Of a stretch of 64,000 nucleotides of DNA, positions 39,606 through 52,790 are shown piece after piece (within the stretch, counting starts at the first letter, position 1; the number at the start of each line of letters is the position of its first letter). The position numbers were made by a program, and so were the translations under genes. The notes beneath the pieces are model-generated. The model saw only the letters and a program-made list of their open reading frames with translations. It was not told where the DNA came from and ran no database searches. Where the stretch lies: assembly GCF_009914755.1 (NCBI RefSeq), contig NC_060933.1; one strand, 5' to 3'. Origin of the DNA: the human T2T-CHM13v2.0 reference genome, Homo sapiens.

Positions 39606-40595
39606 TTTTTTTTTTTAATACTTTAAGTTTTAGGGTACATGTGCACAACGTGCAGGTTTGTTACATATGTATACTATGTATACATGTGCCATGTTGGTGT
39701 GCTGCACCCATTAACTGGTCATTTAACATTAGGTATATCTCCTAATGCTATCCCTCCCCGCTACCCCCACCCCACAACAGGCCCCGGTATGTGATGTTCC
39801 CCTTCCTGTGTCCATGTGTTCTCATTGTTCAATTCCCACCTATGAATGAGAACATGCGGTCTTTGGTTTTTTGTCCTTGCGATAGTTTGCTGAGAATGAT
39901 GGTTTCCAGCTTCATCCATGTCCCTACAAAGGACATGAACTCATCATTTTTTTATTATTATTATACTTTAAGTTTTAGGTACATGTGCACAATGTGCAGG
40001 TTTGTTACATGTGTATACATGTGCCATGTTGGTGTGCTGCACCCATTAATTTGTCATTTAACATTAGGTATATCTCCTAATGCTATCCCTCCCCCCTCCC
40101 CCCACCCCACAACAGTCCCCAGTGTGTGATGTTCCCCTTCCTGTGTCCATATGTTCTCATTGTTCAATTCCCACCTATGAATGAGAACATGCAGTGTTTG
40201 GTTTTTTGTCCTTGCGATAGTTTTCTGAGAATGATGGTTTCCAGTTTCATCCATGTCCCTACAAAGGACATGAACTCATCATTTTTTATGGCTGCATAGT
40301 ATTCCATGGTGTATATGTGCCACATTTTCTTAATCCAGTCTATCGTTGTTGGATATTTGTGTTGGTTCCAAGTCTTTGCTGTTGTGAATAGTGCTGCAAT
40401 AAACATACGTGTGCATGTGTCTTTATAGCAGCATGATTTATAATCCTTTGGGTATATACCCAGTAATGGGATGGCTGGGTCAAATGGTATTTCTAGTTCT
40501 AGATCCCTGAGGAATCGCCACACTGACTTCCACAATGGTTGAACTAGTTTGCAGTCCCACCAACAGTGTAAAAGTGTTCCTATTTCTCCATATCC
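39606..40595 (-). mobile_element. 5'-truncated L1PA3/4-like with tandemly doubled ~345-bp 3' end
   Basis: Two successive L1PA 3' ends; ORF2p C-terminus (40164-40535); single TSD TGAAGAGGAAGTT(C/T)TT at 39592-39607 and 40596-40611. Confidence 0.96.
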
Positions 40596-42089
40596 TGAAG
40601 AGGAAGTTTTTAAAAAAAATCAAGGAATTTACATTTCTTCAAAGTTAGACACCTGAAGCTTTAAAATCAGGCTTGAAGATCTTTTTAATCCTCACTTAAA
40701 GATCACATGGAAGATTGTTTTCATTTGTAGGTGAGAATCTGGAGAAATAAATAGATTCTTCCTGGTTCTTGCCAAAGTCAGATAATTTTATGTTCTTCCT
40801 AAAATGGAAAATTTGAGATCAAAGAAACTATCAGGACATAACTGCTCTGTTCCCTGGTTTAGATATGACTGGTCACAGCATGCTGTATCATCAAGATCTT
40901 TGAAAGGACATTTCTTCAGGTCACACAATTCTTAAACTGCAAAGTTGTTTGTGCATTTTAATGCACACCATTTTATTACAAAATTCATTAAAAGAAAGAT
41001 GCAAAACATTCCACAAAATCCAAAAAGTATTATGATATCATGTGCTAGAAATTTGCTATGTCATAGAGTACACCACAACTTAAGAAATTCAACTAAGCCA
41101 TGGACCCCACAGAAATATTCAATGTAAACTTTAAAATCTATTTCTTAAAATTAAAATATAGTTTATCCCCATAAAGAACTATGTTACTTCAATTCAGGGA
41201 CTTACGCTGGACCTAGTAGTAAGTTAGTTTGCATTTTTAGCAAAGCAACTGACAATTCACATATAAAAGCACATATGCATACTGAAAAATGTGCACACTC
41301 ATGATGTCTCCAAAGCAAGATAACCGACTACTTATGCTCATCTGGGTTCTAAAGCACTTTGAAAATCCTGAAAAACTTAATGCTGTAAAACATCCAGAAA
41401 GCTAAATAAAATAGGACAAACATACTTTCATACTTTTAAAAATGTATATGTGCTTATAAGCCTAAATAAAAACCAAAAGTGAAGAGTAAGAGGAAAACAA
41501 AAGTTAAAAAGTAGAAGTTGGTACTTTGTCTACCCTGAGGTCACAGTGAGGTCTTAGGTTTAATATCTCCCAAGACCAGGAATCCAAGACTTGGACCTGC
41601 ACGAGTCAAAGAGTTAGAACTGAGACACTGGCATACAGGTGGGACTCCCCAAAAACCAGGCTTCAGGTACATAAGAACAGTCTAGTTGGAGCACAGGATG
41701 AATGCAGGAAATTGGTAGGAGACAGTTATATAAGCTAGGTTATAATGGACATTCAAGGCCCTCTAAAGATTTACTTATTGATACATCACAATTAAAAATA
41801 TTCCCTGGTTGGTTCATAATGGATCCCTTTTTCAATCAAGTGGATACCTATTTCATAGAAACTAGAGAAATTCTGTGACACTGAAACTGGAATCACAGCT
41901 TTCTAAAGGCTATAGGTGCATTTTCCACTGGAACTCTTCAGAGTCTCGATGTTAAACCTAAATCTGGAAAAGGCAGAAAGCTCTAGATAATTGCTGGGAC
42001 ATATCTCTGCTCATCAGGTAGACTATGGGAACTGCCTCCACCTTCCCTGTATATTTTCTTAAAGCTCCTATTAATTTAACAGGCCTGGG

Positions 42090-42470
42090 AAAAGGATGAG
42101 TCATAAAGGTGGAAAAATATGTTGGCTGCAGCTTTGGTAAAGGGTGAAATGCATTAACCTTGCAATGAGTCATAATCACCTTAGGCAGTTTAAAAAATAA
42201 AAAACAAAAAAAGTCTTAACCACTGTGGTTCCCCATCTCTGGAAGTGTGTCTGCCAGTGTGTTGGGATTTGGTAACTTCTTGTCTGGTGTGAATGCAGCC
42301 TAATGCGAGGTTAGTTTCTCCAGAAGGCGGCCTGAAATACCTCATTTCCAACAGGCAGCTTGGAAGCTTGGCTCCCCCACCTCCCAAACCTCAGCGGGAG
42401 AAACAGCTGCAACCCACCTGGCTCAGTGTAGCCAGTTTTGCTTGGTTGTAAAGGAAGGAGCAGCTGCTAG
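42090..42470. promoter_or_regulatory. Candidate AP-1/RUNX/E-box enhancer
   Basis: ATGAGTCAT at 42096-42104 and 42165-42173, TGTGGTT, two CAGCTG; motif evidence only. Confidence 0.4.
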
Positions 42471-42702
42471 TACCAGCAGAGCCCCCCAAATAGACATATT
42501 TTAAAAAATCATGCAGAGCCAATTAAATTCTAAGAAAATTACATTGGTAATAAAATAATGTGGAATTTACTTCTCTCTGAACTGTGACTCCCAGATCAGT
42601 TGAAGTAAACCCCAACAACTCATTAGTTTAAATATGAACAATATTAGCCATTTCACCATTACATAGTTTTAGAAAAATAATCCCAAATCCTTTACCTTAT
42701 AA

Positions 42703-42770
42703 AAGAAAGAAAGGAAGAAAGAAAGAAAGAAAGAAAGAAAAGAAAGAAAAGAAAGAAGAAAGAAAGAAAA
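42703..42770 (+). repeat. (GAAA)n polypurine microsatellite
   Basis: Directly visible. Confidence 0.95.
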
Positions 42771-42964
42771 ACTGCCTCAATATTATGTTCAGGCCTCTAT
42801 TGTTGTCAATGTTTATGAAAAACAAATGGCCTTCAATTAATCATTTGATGCTGGAAAGGGTTGTAAGGCCTCTCAAGCTATATTAGTGAATAAATTTCTG
42901 TTTATTTAATCACAATTTTTAGAGAATAGTTGCAAGACTCCTAAAAGAATGGCATTGTTCTGGG

Positions 42965-43170
42965 CAGGGGAGGCAGCTTTAGGTACTGTACAGACCTGAA
43001 TTTGAATCTGAAAGTCGTCACTTAGCAGCATGTGGCCATGGTCAAATTACTTAGCCTCACTGAGCCTCAGCCTTCTCCTAAGTAAAATGAGGCAAAAACA
43101 CCTCTTTCAGGGTGGGTATGAAGATAAAATGCAGTAACAATGTACCATCCTTCGGCACATGCCAGCTCAC
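42965..43170 (+). mobile_element. MIR
   Basis: TTACTTAGCCTCACTGAGCCTCAG...GTAAAATGAGG. Confidence 0.8.
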
Positions 43171-43764
43171 TTCCCTTTCTCCCTTCCTAAAGCCTTACCA
43201 CTTAAGGGCCCAGCAGCAGGGCTGGTTTCAGCCAGTCCATGAAAGGAGGCCTTCAGTGAACCGCACCTCAATGGGCAAGAAAGGAAGAGAGGGTTATCTT
43301 GACAGCAGGAAAAGCTATGGTGAGGGACAACGGGCAGACAGTGGGACAGGCATATGGCAAATGGTGCTAGCACTACCCAGCCACTGAGAGCAAGTCAGGG
43401 TCAGGCATGGCTGGAGAAAGGAGGTTCTTGGGCATCATACTAAGGCATTTAGACTTTATACCCTAAAGAATGATGCATCTGTGAAGGTTTGGGTGCTGGG
43501 AAAAATTTGTCTGACATTGATGACTTCATTCTGATCATCTCATGCTCTTTTGCTGTGAGTCAGCGGAGCCTCTTCTGCAGTGACGAGGAAGCTTCAGTGC
43601 TTCCTAGAACTGCCCTCTTGCTTCGCAGTGCCTGATCCTGTTAGAGCCCCTGACACATCACAACTTTATTTCACAGATGAAGAAAGTAAGACCCAAGGAA
43701 GTGAAGTGACTTGCCATAGGTCGGCATCAAGAACTTGAAGTTCATGTTTTCTAACCCTAAATCA

Positions 43765-44232
<468 letters not shown>

Positions 44233-44277
44233 TCACTATGCCCCCATCACTCAGTTAAATGCCTTAGAGCTTAATGA

Positions 44278-45063
44278 TCAGATGGAAAAGGACACTTCTT
44301 AGGAGCTTGCTGGGCTCCCTTGCCTCCCCAACCATAGAGATAAAGAAAAAAATTTGAGTCCCTTCAAGGACAATTCAAGGCAGCTAGCTAGCCCTACAAC
44401 CAGCAATTAGAAAAGTAAATAACCCACTAAACAAGAAGGTAATAATAACTTAAACAATAGGCACCCAAGTAAGCTAAAGTCACAAGATATTTTCTTCCCT
44501 GTAACAGCTCCATATAACATCTTGAAATATGTCGTTGTTTTTCAGAACCCAGTACTCCCACCAAATAAAGAATGCCAACCACTGTTGCGTAAACCTCAGA
44601 TGAAGGAAAACTGGGGACAAAGCTCTGACCACTGCTCTTGCTCTAAATTTCTTCATGAGGGACCTGAAGAGACTCACGCCCAGAAGCCAAACCTTAACAT
44701 TCCTTTCTGCTGACCCCAAGTTTTTAGACAAAGCCTTACTTCCTTAACCAATTGCAAATCAAAAAATCTCTAAATCCACCTATGACCTGTAAGTTCCCGT
44801 TTCAAGATACCCTGCCTTTAGAGGCCAAACCAGTGTATGACTTCCATCCATTGATTTACAATTTTGCCTATAACTTCTGCTTTCCTGAAATGCACCCCTG
44901 CCTTGAAGCCATCAAGGAGTTCAAGTCCTGAGTGTTAACTGTCCGATTCTCCTTGCTTGGTGTTTTGCGGTAAAAGGCTCACTTTCTCTCACCAGAAATC
45001 CTGGTGTCAGGTTTGGCTTTTTTGTGCACTGGGTGGAGTGAACCCAAGTTTGATTCAGCAACA
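44278..45063 (+). mobile_element. ERV1 solo LTR (MER39-like)
   Basis: CCTTTCTGCTGACCCCAAGTTTTTAGACAAAGC, AACCAATTGCAAATCA, CCACCTATGACCTGTAAG; ends ...AACA; possible 4-bp TSD ATGA. Confidence 0.8.
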
Positions 45064-46379
45064 ATGATGTCCCCTAAACTATTAATGTTTTAGGATATAA
45101 TTCTTGAAGGTGGCTAATGTATCTCTAAAGAGAAGGTGTCAGGAGCTTTGATTGAATAAAAGCACACTTGAGTTGGCATAAATGCAGCATTTTAGCAAAA
45201 CATTTCTCCCCTCAGAAAACTAGCCATGATTATTAGGGTGTGAGGACATGCGTGAGAAAAACCACTTCATGGTGCTAAAAGCCCGTAATGAAATTCATAG
45301 CCCAGCGTGGAAACCTTGATATCGGTCTGATTGGGAGATGATTTGTATATTTGGCTAGAGCTCGAATGCCCAAATGATAAATAGCCATTGTGCCCAAAGT
45401 AGCCATCCCCAAAGTATGGCTCTGGACCAAGGCACACTGCAGAAGGAAGAACAGCCTGCCAAGGGTAATTAAAACCCTTTCCATAAAGAGTAGGGGCTTG
45501 GGGCTTCCCCGATTACCTCACTGTTGACCCACAGAGAACCCTAAGAGTTAACGTATCCCTTGAATCATTCTTTGTCTACCATCAAAAGAACCTTCAGATC
45601 ACACTTATTTCTACCCTCCCCCACCCAGCAGGCCACAGTGCTTCTCTACTTACGTCGCACATGACAAAACCAAGAAATAGAAGTCTCTCCATTCCTGAAT
45701 AACTTGGCACTGAAATCACATCTCATTCCAAAAAGTTTAGGATTAGCTAGAGGTTGCCAAATGAAAGACCAGCTTTGTTACATAGATGTACCATTGATGA
45801 GAAGTGGCAATGACCTCCCTAGACCAGACAGAAAGAAGGTTCCTTCCATTCTTGAGAGTTATTTACAAATGCTGAAAAAAAGTATACACCTTACAGCTTA
45901 TGGTACACCCAAATCAGCATTTGAGGTGATTGCCATTGATTATCAGAGTACCCTGAAAAGATCATGTTATTTGTTTTTTCATTTTTCTCCCATTTACTGC
46001 TGAACTGTAGAAAAAATGGTCTTGAGTCAATATGATCAGTAGCAAGTAGTAGGAAAAAGAGATAAAACTTCTCAACAGAAAATGGAATAGATGTGACTAT
46101 GATGTGAAACTACCTAAACACATTTTGAAACAAGGCAGATTTTTAAAAATAAAGTGAAAACTCAAAGTACTGTGAATGGTCTTCACACAAGTGTTGCCTC
46201 GCACTGTGCTTTCCCAATTCAGGATGATTTTCAAGTCTCTGTTGTGAAATGGACCAGGCAGTGCTTCTGCATGTGAATCTGCTGTGATCCCATTCTGTGC
46301 TTGATGCATGGCCTAAGGAAGGCCTCTCAGAAAGGGAATATTCTCCATAGAAACACCCGAGCAAAGGATGTGTGCTGTT

Positions 46380-46852
46380 TTTCTCATTTGCCAGCCCTTC
46401 CTCTTGATCTATTCTCAGCCTTTCTCTCTTGTAGCTCAACACCTGGGCTCCCCCGCCAGTGGCTTGCTCCTGGCTGGTTTCTGTTCAGACTTAGCCAATA
46501 GCAGGCACTGTTGGGAGCATGGAGGTTGGGAGAGGAGAGGGTCAGAGTCTTTCTTCCCTGGTTTGGTGCCGTGCCTTGGCAATATTAGCATCTCTCCGTG
46601 ACTGCTGTTCCTGCTACATTAGCCTCCCCTTTCACAGTGCAGCTCTCAGTAGGCTCCAGTAGCACCACTTCTTCCCATGTCCTTCCTGGCCTAAGGGAGG
46701 TGGTAATGGCTTCCTGCTGTGATGAGCCTCTGGGTCTCTCAGCATCCCTTGCTTGTGCCGTTAGCCTTACATGCTCCTCTGAAAGTAATACCTTCCTTCA
46801 ACTCTCTTTACTTGAACCACCTAGGTAAACTCTTGCTGGGACCATGGCTGTT
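46380..46852 (+). mobile_element. Old MLT1 (K/L-like) LTR
   Basis: TAGCCAATAGCAGGCACTG..GGAG..TGGAGG; GGTGGTAATGGCTTCCTGCTG. Confidence 0.65.
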
Positions 46853-48189
46853 ATGTGAAGTTTGAATTGCCCTACCTGTGGGGCTGTGCTGGGGCTGTCA
46901 GCAGATGTGATGAAGATTGTAGCACTATCCCTACCATTTCCCTTCACATAGTAGCACCTTTGGATGAGCTTAGTTTTGTTATCTTGATTTTATGCTCTCA
47001 TTCAGAAAACTGCAGAAGTCTGCAGAACTTTTGTAGTTGAGTGGAACATTATTAGCAGTTTCTCAATTAATAATGTCCTTGGGGATCAACATCATTTAAG
47101 TATTTACTGAATCACTAGCCCTGTTTTAGGAACCTTACAGTGTTTTGTGTAATTTTCTCAATCTATGGCAAAGAGATTTTAGTCCTCATTTTATTAGCCA
47201 AGAGCAGTAAAGTGAAATGCCCAGGCTCACGCATCTCAGGCCAGTGGCTAAGCAATGTCTCTCTGTCCTTGGAGACATTATAATCAGCTGTGGCTTAACC
47301 TAGTGCCTCAAGAATCCACACACACAAGCAGCTATTGAAAGAGACCAGAGAACACACCAAGCACTTGGGCCCCCAATTATGAGCCAGCATGCTGCCCTGG
47401 TGAACAGCAGGCACCTCAGAACTGGATGAAACCTCACTAGAATGTTGTATGATTTGGTACCAGTTGACCCAGGTGAAGTCAAATTGGGGGACATTGCATT
47501 TAATAAACACCCCTCCTGAGCCTCTCTGGACTCCAACATTAGTGAGAAGGACAGAGGAAATTGTCCCAGTGTAAGATTTCTCCCGCCGCCCTCTGAAATA
47601 TTTGAGCTTAGTCTGTCTGCAGTGAAGGCTGACAAGCTACATCCATTCTGGTGATTCTGAGGCAAACAATCGAGAACCACACATTGAAAACTGGTGCTCA
47701 AGACTGCCTACCCCACTAGCACAGAGGAAACATCTGTCTCTATCCCGTCATACTCAAGTGCACAACCAGTGTGTCAGTCAATGTTTCTGAGTGAATGAAG
47801 AAGATGCAAAAGCACATCAACATCTGAGCTCCCTTTTGGAGGAGGCCTTAATCATATGAATTGGAATACTGTGCTCCTTCCCCGTGGCAGTGCTCTCAAT
47901 AATTAAAAACATGGCATGCATTCTGCCCTTGAGCACGCTGGTCTGGTCTGTGGCCATTCCACGAGGCGTAGGGTGGATTCTGAGTGACACAAGTCAATGT
48001 TTTGAAAAGCATCATTCCTTCTTTCCAGAGTAGTCAATCCCTTCATGCAATGCTTTCAAATCAAAATACTTCATACCCTGTGCTTCATTCATTTATTCTC
48101 CAGTATTTAGTAAGTGTATTTAGTAGTGGCCTATTACGGGCCAGGTGCTTCATTAAGCATCAGGTGAACAGAATTAAACAAAGCCCCAG

Positions 48190-48470
48190 ATAAATTTTAC
48201 ATGATTCCACTTTTATGAGGCACCTAGAGCAGTGAAATTCACAGAGACAGAAAGGAGAATGGTGGTTGCCAGGCAGTGGGGTGAGGGGAGAATGGGAAGT
48301 TCACGATGAATGGGATCAGAGTTTCAGTTTGAGATGATAGGAAAGTTCTGGAGCTGGATCACGGTGAATGTGAATGTAGTAAATGTCACTGAATTGTATA
48401 TCTAAAAGGGTCAAAATGGTAAATTTTATACAGTGTATATTTTATCAAAAAAAAAAAAACACAACAAAAA
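48190..48470 (+). mobile_element. L1MB-type 3' end within an L2 remnant
   Basis: ATGATTCCACTTTTATGAGGCACCTAGAGCAGTGAAATTCACAGAGACAGAAAG ... poly-A. Confidence 0.88.
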
Positions 48471-49563
48471 CTGCATGGGGTTTTGAGATGATTACCTTAC
48501 CATATGAGGTCAGGTTTATCATCTAAAATGAATTTTCATGAAAAAAACACAATATTAATAACAGGTGATTTGATTCTTTGATTCTTCAAAAAAAATTAAA
48601 AAGCTCCTGTGCTTCTGGAGCTTACAGACCATGGAAGCAGACAGCCAGCCACAATATCCTTTCACAAATAAGTGTGGCGTCACAACTGTAGTGAGCAAAG
48701 GGAAGACAATAGTGTCCAGAGAAGGTACTGGAGGGTGGAGGTGGTTTGACCCAGTGAGGTGAAGGCCCAGGAAAGGCTCTTCTGCAACAGAAACAAAGTT
48801 GCTGAAGGCACAAAGGATGAGAAGGTGAGACAGGGCAAAAGGCAGAAGGACACTTCAGGCCCTGGGACCAATGACTCAGGGCTACTATCAAAGCTGGCCG
48901 TGATGATGAAGGCGGCACACACAGGTGTATTAGGAAAAGACACTCCACACAGAAAACTGTCACAGATGCAGTGCGGTGTATTTGATCTTGTCAACCTCCC
49001 AAGGAACTTCCATGGTGTCCCACCATGACAGAACTGATCATTCTTTTCAGACAGCTAAGCTGGACAAAATATTTAATGCTTCTTCAAAGCAGGATGTGAG
49101 GATCTTGCTGAATTGCCAAAATTGCTCTACCTTTCCAACAATTTTTAAATGACAAATAGGTGAGACAAGTAGGCATAAGAAAAACACTAAGAATTTGTTA
49201 ATATTCTAACTGTGTTGTTGAAAGATGCAAAAAAAAAAAACAGTAAATTTAAGGGGACAGAAGAGGAGTATTTATATTTTTAATGGTTTTTAAATCAGTC
49301 AAGGAAACTGACATAAAAATTTCGATTTTACAGTACTATGTCCATACAATTATAAATAATGTTGTCTCTATTATGTTGGATATGGAGGATAATTGTACAG
49401 TTCTGTAGCAAAATATATACCTTTGTAATGTTCATACACAAATATATTGTGTTTTTAATGAAGACCAAAAATACTATAGGTTTCTGTTAGCTCAAACTAT
49501 TTTATAATCTAGAAAATTAACAGAAGTTTTTTATATTGACAAATTTCCATTTAGAATATACAT

Positions 49564-49761
49564 ATTTTTACTTTCATTTTAGGTTCAGGGACACATGTGC
49601 AGATTTATTATATAGGTCAATGTGTGTTGCGGGGCTTCAGTGCACAGATTATTTCATCATCCAGGTAATAAGCAGAGTACCCAATAGGTAGTTTTTCAAT
49701 CCTCACCCTCTACCCTCAAGTAGGCTCCAGTGTCTCTTGTTCCTTTCTTTGTGTCCATATG
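49564..49761 (-). mobile_element. Short L1PA13-16-type 3' end
   Basis: TTTTAGGTTCAGGGACACATGTGCAG...TACCCAATAGGTAGTTTTTCAATCC; TSD TAGA(A/G)TATACAT. Confidence 0.88.
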
Positions 49762-50669
49762 TAGAGTATACATTTTTTAAAGCATACAGAAGCATTCCGA
49801 TAGATAATTTCCAGGTAAAATACTTCAAAATTCCCAGCTTCCACAAACCTTACTTTGAAAATAATCCACCATTCCTGAAAGTATTTAAAGCACTAAATTG
49901 AATAGAATCATGTTAGCAGCATTTGTCTTAGTTCTTGTCCAAGCCAAATGTCTTTCACTAAATCCTAGACTCAAAGAGCAACTCTCATTAAACATTAAAG
50001 ACTGTGACATGTGGCATAGGGGAGTAAAAGGACCCTTTTAATTACCTTTCCAGTTTGCAAATTATTTTAAATGCATTACTCAATGAAACTAGATATTAAA
50101 AGGTCTGCTTTTTCTGTCAGTGCCCCATAATTTTGAACTATTCATTTTATTTGCGTGGGTAGTATGTCATGCACTACATTTCAAGCTGGATTTGGGAACC
50201 CATTCCATCATGCATGCATATGGAAGGTTCAGAGAAAGATCTGAAATGAAATGGAGATCACATTTCTCCCAGCCACACTGGCTATACATGAAGCCAGTTA
50301 AAACTCTGTCATACCCCTGGGTACAGTTTGGCTTATTCATTATTTTTCATTTATAAGGCAAACCTGCTGCTTGAAAAAAGTCTCAAGGTTAATTACAACA
50401 TTTCTCTTTTGACACAAACAACTCGATTGCAAATCTGATTTGATGGGTATGTCTTTTGTTGTAAGATGGGACTCAGGAAAAAGACACAGTTTGTATGCAA
50501 GAGTCTATACCTGCGGTGGGTTTGTCCTTCCAGTTCTAGTCAGAGTGAAATCTCCAGGAGGGTCTCTACCCAGGTCACCCAATCGCAGTAGCTCCAGACC
50601 CTTGCTGCTCCTCAGTCGGATAGTTTCTTATCTGTTTGCTACCTAAAGCACCGAAACACAGAAGGGTAC

Positions 50670-51408
50670 TGTATTCCTTTGCTAAAGCTGCCATGACAAA
50701 GCTCTAGATAAACTGCGGGATTTAAACAATAGAAATGCATTCATTGCCTTTCAGTGCGGGAGGCTCAAAGTCTAAGATTAAGATATTGGCAGGGTTGGTT
50801 TCTTTTGAGGGTGGTGTGGGAAGGATCCGTCCCCTGCCTCTCTCAAAGATTCTAGCAGTTTGCTGGCAATTTTTGGTGTTCCTTGGCTTTAAAGAATCAC
50901 CCCAGTGAGGCATAGTGGCTCATGCCTGTAACAACAGCACTTTGGGAGGCCGAGGCAGGAGGATCACTTGAGCTCAGGAATTCAAGTCCAGCCTGGGCAA
51001 CATAGGAAGACCTTATCCAAAAAAAAAAAAAAAAAAAAAAAAAAAATTAGCCAGGCATGGTGGCATGCACCTGTAGACTCAGTTACTTGGGATGCTGAGG
51101 CAGGAGGATCACTTCAGCCTAAGAGGTCAAGGCTGCAGTTAGCAGTGATTGTGCCACTGCACTCCAGACTGGGTGACAGAGAGAGACCCCATTCCTGTGT
51201 GTGTGTCTCTCCATCCGAATTTTCCCAGATAAGGACAGCAGTCATTACTGGATTAGAGGCCTGCTCTACTCCAGCATGACTGCATCTTAACCTAATTAAT
51301 TACATCTTCAAAGGTGCTATTCCCAAATAAGGTCACATTCTAAAGTACTGGAGGCTAAGACTTCAACATATGAGTTTGGAGGAGGGGACACAATTCAACT
51401 CACACCAG
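50670..51408 (-). mobile_element. MLT1B-like LTR interrupted by AluJ
   Basis: GCTGCCATGACAAA, GGCAGGGTTGGTTTCTT, CCAAATAAGGTCACATTCT, GGACACAATTCAAC. Confidence 0.88.
50908..51190 (+). mobile_element. AluJ lacking poly-A tail
   Basis: GGAGGATCACTTGAGCTCAGGAATTC, AGGTCAAGGCTGCAG; pure central A-run. Confidence 0.9.
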
Positions 51409-51647
51409 GTACCATATATTTTCTATGGATACATAAACTGTAGGTGAATATATAAAACTTCTGGAATGATATATGCTCAACTGTTGACATTGCTTGCCTC
51501 TTAGAATGAGTGTGCAGTAGACTAGGGTAGGGGTGGAAGCAGACGGAATTTAACTGCACCTGTAAAAATCTTCATCTTTTAAAAGGAGGCGACAATTGTG
51601 CATTGCTTATTTAAGTAAAACTTTACCTAAGTAAATTGAGGTTTTGC

Positions 51648-52347
51648 AGTGATTCCCAATAGAAACACTACCAATTGCCAAGATACATTTTCTAAACTTG
51701 CGGGAGGGTTTGTTGGTTGAGGCAATGCTTTGGGGCATGGCTATCAGTGAATGGGTAGAAAATGGGGTGCTGGATGTCCTGAAAATGCAGGGACACTTGC
51801 CCACATGAGAGAATCGTTCTGTGTCCTGCTACACATTTACATATAAAAACAAATGGGCTGGGTTGGCATGATTTTAATATATATTGGATTTTTCAGGAAT
51901 GCAACCTTTGTGTCTATAAGTTATGGGAAGATTGTACTTTATTTGGGTCAGAACTTTCCTGTGAGTTTTCACCTTACTGGAAAATTATGTCACCAACAGC
52001 AGCACCCCTCTCCATATTTGAGCCACCCATCGAACATGCTAAAGGCCTTTGGTGGGCTGCATTTGCAGCTGTCACATTTCTGACAATTTTCCACAGAGGT
52101 GCAGCAACCAATCACTTAATTCTGTCATGCCGAGTCTTCATGTCCTGAAACATGTATTATTATGTTATAAACTTCTATTTTAATTGTATTTTTCTTTTAC
52201 ATCAAAGTTGGGGCTCTAAATGAATTTTTAAAATACATGTGCAAGTAGATTACATCACTTACAAATTTCATTTCAGGGCAGTAAAGGGGATTTTATAAAA
52301 TATTTCTTATGAAAAGGGAGAATTTATTCTCATAATACTGACCACTA
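51648..52347 (+). mobile_element. MER20B-like hAT-Charlie element
   Basis: GGGGTGCTGGATGTCCTGAAAATGCAGGGACAC...GAGAATCGTTCTGTGTCC. Confidence 0.7.
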
Positions 52348-52359
52348 ACAGGTGCCTCT

Positions 52360-52790
52360 GATCATCCAAGGAAGAAATGCAGAAGATCCAAGCTAAAGCT
52401 TTGGCAATGGAGGAAAGAAACTGTATTCAAGAGATACTTTAGAAGTAAAAATCAAAAGGCTGTGATTAAGAAGGGACTGTCAAAATGCCCCTGAGATTTT
52501 TAACCTATGAGACGAGGAGGATCGTGGAACCTTTAACTGAAACATGCAAATATGAGGAAGAGAATGCCAGAGTCAGCAAGGGACCGCTCAGTAAGGCACC
52601 CATGAGGCAACGGGGCGATGTCCACAAGATATTAAATGACAGATACACGGGTTTAGTGATCAAGAGATCTCGGGCTGGGGGGGAACTGCCAATCACTGTG
52701 GGAGGCTTGGAAATGGGGAGTGTGTCGAAGAAGATGGGGAAAGCCAAGAACAAAACCTGTGGAACACCCCGAAGGGCACACAGCAATGAG
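52360..52790 (-). mobile_element. L2 remnant
   Basis: Purine-rich degenerate L2 (TTCAAGAGATACTTTAGAAGTAAAAATCAAAAGG). Confidence 0.6.

Noticed and set aside
40164-40535. 123-aa ORF with a real protein match
   Set aside because: It is the C-terminus of L1 ORF2p in a 5'-truncated, promoterless element.
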